64,000 nt of DNA from the human T2T-CHM13v2.0 reference genome, Homo sapiens. The DNA is taken from assembly GCF_009914755.1 (NCBI RefSeq), contig NC_060931.1; one strand, written 5' to 3'. The notes beneath the pieces were generated by a model. That model saw nothing but the letters and a program-made list of their open reading frames with translations. It was not told the DNA's origin and ran no database searches. Numbering within the stretch: position 1 is the first letter of the stretch; each line of letters starts with the position of its first letter. This document shows, piece after piece, positions 59,547 to 64,000 of this stretch. A program made the translations under genes and the position numbers.

Positions 59547-61852
59547 AACCTTTGTTCTAGGATACAGATGATTCTTTTAAATCTTGCTTTTTAAGGTTTA
59601 TTAGGTATGATTGCAGGATGTAGTTTAGCTCATAACCCTTCTAAGTATTGTACCCCACCTCCTGTGAATTACGAAGGTTTTTCCACTTGGCCTGGTGAGA
59701 ACAGAAACTATTCTTGACCGTATACAACTTCTATATATAGTTCCCTGTAATGCTTTCAAATGATTCTTTACCATCATTGAGGAAAGAGCTACACAGAGAG
59801 AGGATGCAGGTAGCTTCCTCATACACATGCATTGATTAAGTACTCAGTTGAAAACAGAGGGAGTCCCTCACAATTCTCTCTCTGTGCAGCCTTTCCTCAC
59901 TGATACTGTATTCCATGCACTGTAACCACCTTGATCTCCCAGGTCTCCCAGTTCATCTCCTCAACTTAGAGACCATCAGGCTTCACCTTTCTCCCTTCCT
60001 GATTTGCAGCCTGGAAACCCTCTCTGCAGTTAGCTGGGGCAATTGTGCAGCTCATCTTGTTTCTTCCATCTTTTAGGATCACTATCTTCATTGCCTGATC
60101 TCGGACATCTTGAAAGACATTGTTTCACATATTTTGTCAACATAGTTTTTAGTTGTTTCATGTTGGAGGGTCCTTGTTACTTCATCTGAATCCAAATGGG
60201 AGTGATTTATCTTTATTACCTTAAAATTTTAATTTTTATATAGGTGAATCATTCCCATGGTTTGAAAATCAAAAAATGTAATATGTATTCAGTTGAGATC
60301 TCCCTCTGAATCCTTCCCACTACCAACCTAGTCCTCATCCCCCCACCAGTAACAAACTTTGCTATTAATTTATCTTTCCAGAATTTCTTCATTCATATGC
60401 AAGTAAATAAAAATTACATATCCTTTTTCACCTTTCACCTCCTTTTTCATAGAAAGGTTGCATAGTACACATGCTATTCTGAACCTTATTTTTTTTCACT
60501 TAACCATCTGTCTTGAGGATATTTCCTTATTGGTGCATACACTTCCTATTGACAAACACACACACACACACACTTTTTTAACGACTATATATAGTGCCAC
60601 ATCATGTAGACCTACCATCATTTGTTTCACCAGTTCCTTTTTGTTAAACAATTAGGTTGCTTCCAATCTTTTGTTATTAGGAATGATGTAGTCTTGTGCA
60701 TAAGTCATTTTGGATGTATCTGCATAACATAGCTGTTGAATACATTCCCAGACATGGATTACTAGGTCAGAGGGTTTATGCGTTTGTAATCTTGACAGCT
60801 ATTGCCAAATTGTCCTCCCAAGAGGTTGAACCATTCTTCCACAAGCCTATTAGGAAAATGCCTATTAACCCACAGTTCTTTTGTAGAATGTTATAAAATA
60901 CAAGGATTTCTGCTAATCTGATAGGAAAAAATGTTATAAAGTAGTTTTAATTTGTATTTCTACTCTGAGTGAGGTTGTTGAACATCTCCTATGCTTAAAA
61001 GCCATTTGTACTTCCTTTTCTTTGTACTTTAAATCATTTTGGTCATTCAGTTCTTTTTAGTAATAAGAATATGAAATAGAAATATTTTAGTAGGTGGTGT
61101 TTAGTTAATGATGAATGAACAGTTAACATCCATAGCCTATAAGTGCAACACTTTAAATTGCATTTAATAAAATATAATTATACTAAATCTAGTCATATCT
61201 TTAATGGTTTTAGAGTCATTACAAAATGGTTAGATCAAAGGTTGGGTTGATTTTTCAGACAAATTTTCAAAGTTCAAAGTAAAATCAGGTTAATCTGAGT
61301 TTTTGACCATAACAGTAATGTTCTAAAACTACTTTAATTAATGAAAAAAAAAAAATAAATTGTTCTATAAATCTTTTACCTTTGAGAGATGTGGTTTGTA
61401 TTCCACAGATAATGGCATTTCCATAACAATTTGACAGATGTTGGAGGAATGAATATTTGAAATTTGGACTATCTTGTAAAGTCTGAGCTTTATGGTTACA
61501 AAATATATTCTGTTCCACACATAAGAATGGTAATCACATTCATGGTTAGATGACAGGATTCTCTTGCTATTCTTCAATCACTGCATCTTTCTTGAGAAGT
61601 AAGGAGTATGCAGGTATTTTTATAACTTTGCATACCAATCCTTTTTCTCTGCCTGATCTCAAATACCTTTAACTTTTTGTTCTATCATTTATAACTTGCA
61701 GGTATTATACTTTGTGGACAATTAATTAGGGAGGTAGTTGCCTTACCAAATGAGTGAAGTAATAAAATGGTCTAGTAGTTTGTTTATATTTTCTTAATTT
61801 ATTATAAATTAAAAGTCTGGCTTTATTTATGCAATTACAAATATATTTTTAG

Positions 61853-61895
61853 AGTTTCATCAATATGGAGAGGCATCCAGCACACATCCCATCAG
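61853..61895 (+). other. PALS2: Candidate 43-nt cassette exon (SFINMERHPAHIPS plus 1 nt), frameshifting remnant of the PDZ-SH3 insert exon
   Basis: atatttttAG|AGTTTCATCAATATGGAGAGGCATCCAGCACACATCCCATCAG|GTATGC. GC-elevated unique island with canonical splice sites, and TGCATG at 62014-62019. Confidence 0.7.
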
Positions 61896-62458
61896 GTATG
61901 CTGTCATTCCAGAACATTCTCTGGTACTTCATTTTTCTGTCTTATCCGCCAACTAAATTTCCTTTGGTTAAATTTAATTATTTTGGTTTTTTCCCGTTGT
62001 CAAAACATGGAGCTGCATGACATTATCAAGTTAGCCAATTGTCACACTTTAGCAATCTTAATGTTTGTATGCTTGCTTTTTAGATCTAAAATTATATATC
62101 AGGAAAAAAATTATTGACCTACTGATTTAAGGATTAATATTTAGCTTTTCTAGAGTAGTTGAAAATGTTCTGAATGCTTTCTATGAAAATCATCTAATTA
62201 TAAATAACTAAGATTTTATTACATGTTCCCAGATTTCGTTATTTTAAAATTATTTTGTATGCATCGATCACAATACTTTTACCACACTAATAATATAATA
62301 TGTCTACTTGTGTTATTTGAATTTTGTTGGTTACAGAAGTATGATAAACAAATAGAAAAAGAACATTGTTATTTTGACTAATTGTGTACTTTCTTATTAA
62401 AGTTTACATGCTGATTAATGCTAAGGCAATTCTTTAGAAGATAACATTTGAATTTCTA

Positions 62459-62845
<387 letters not shown>

Positions 62846-63601
62846 TCAAATACCAAAAATGCATAATTTAATTAGAATTTAAATTAAAGCAAATAAGCAA
62901 AATAGCCCAAATTTCGGAGATCATAACTAACAGTGTTAACTGACATACTTTTATTAATAATGCAAATGTAAAAGAAATGTGTATACACAAATGAATTTAA
63001 AATGGAAAATAGTTTCGAGACTTCTTCAGTATTTGTCTTACAATGAATTTAATGTTGATCATTTAAATTTAAGATGAGCATATAAATCAGAGCAAGATGA
63101 TTAAAAAAGTATTTAAGGCTACCAAATATATTTCATATCTGACTTCAACATCAACTTTTATTGTTTAATTTTGGTTTCAGGGCCTTTTCACAGAGTTCTA
63201 ATACATCTGAAATATATACCTTAAATCAACTACCTATATTATATTTCAGGATGTTAATTGGATCATAGCATTTACTTGCATTAAAAATTATGCAGTGTTG
63301 GTTGGAAAATCAAGTGAAAAGATTGAAGAAAAGTGGAAGAATGGTGGGATAGAATGATTATCAAACTCTTGTTGATTTAAAGTTAGATATTAAAGTAGAG
63401 AAGAAGTTTTATTATCTTTCTGATACCAAAATCTGTTAATATTCTAATAACTTGATTTCCATTTATGAGAGACAAGTTCATTATCTGAAGTACTAAATAC
63501 ATTGTCAGTTACAATTAAATCAGAGTGGTTTGACAAGGATTTTTTAAATTCAGTGGCAAGTGATACAACTATAGTATTTTTAATTGTGCTATGTGTTTTA
63601 G

Positions 63602-63733
63602 GTATTTGTGAAGTGTCATTTTGATTATAATCCATACAATGACAACCTAATACCTTGCAAAGAAGCAGGATTGAAGTTTTCCAAAGGAGAGATTCTTCAG
63701 ATTGTAAATAGAGAAGATCCAAATTGGTGGCAG
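63602..63733 (+). CDS. PALS2: PALS2/MPP6 coding exon, aa 218-261 ([44 protein letters not shown]), SH3 domain, first part
   Basis: Acceptor gtgttttAG|GTA, donor CAG|GTTAGT. 132 nt with the MAGUK SH3 motifs FDY and WWQ. Confidence 0.97.
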
Positions 63734-64000
63734 GTTAGTATGCTTCTCAGAAGTTCCTCAGCTACTTTTCTAATTTTAATCTTAGATCTGATCAATATCT
63801 GAATAGTCAGGAAGAATATTAGCATTTGTTACAATGATTTTTCCCACATGAACAGCTCCTGCTTCGTGGCTACTAATTTTGTGGACATAAGATCAAATTG
63901 GGAGGGAATTTGCAACTTAATAAGTGCAGAATTAACCAGCCTGTGGCACTAACCCATTGGTTTAGGGATTAGACCAATTGGTTTTTTTCACATGGGTAAT

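Overview
This window is AT-rich, repeat-dense primate genomic DNA, most likely human because it carries a near-consensus AluYa5. It lies inside the + strand gene PALS2 (MPP6/VAM-1, a p55-subfamily MAGUK). It holds a probable 5'UTR exon (20046-20214) and the first five coding exons (23662-23778, 41728-41880, 49624-49776, 50497-50724, 63602-63733). These splice in frame to 261 aa covering L27-L27-PDZ and the start of SH3; the gene continues beyond both ends. The rest is intron filled with L1, Alu, MIR, MaLR LTRs, Tigger elements and a BTF3 processed pseudogene, and almost all other ORF-track entries are repeat artefacts. I found no evidence of a new gene system. The best leads are two. (1) A 43-nt cassette exon between the PDZ and SH3 exons that looks like the rodent 14-aa Pals2 insert exon but is 1 nt too long, so it would act as a poison or dead exon. 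(2) A cluster of rearrangement scars readable from the sequence: two local inversions, two long-range templated insertions, two snap-back insertions and an L1-associated deletion. Repeat subfamily names and percent identities are by-eye estimates from recalled consensus sequences, not computed alignments.
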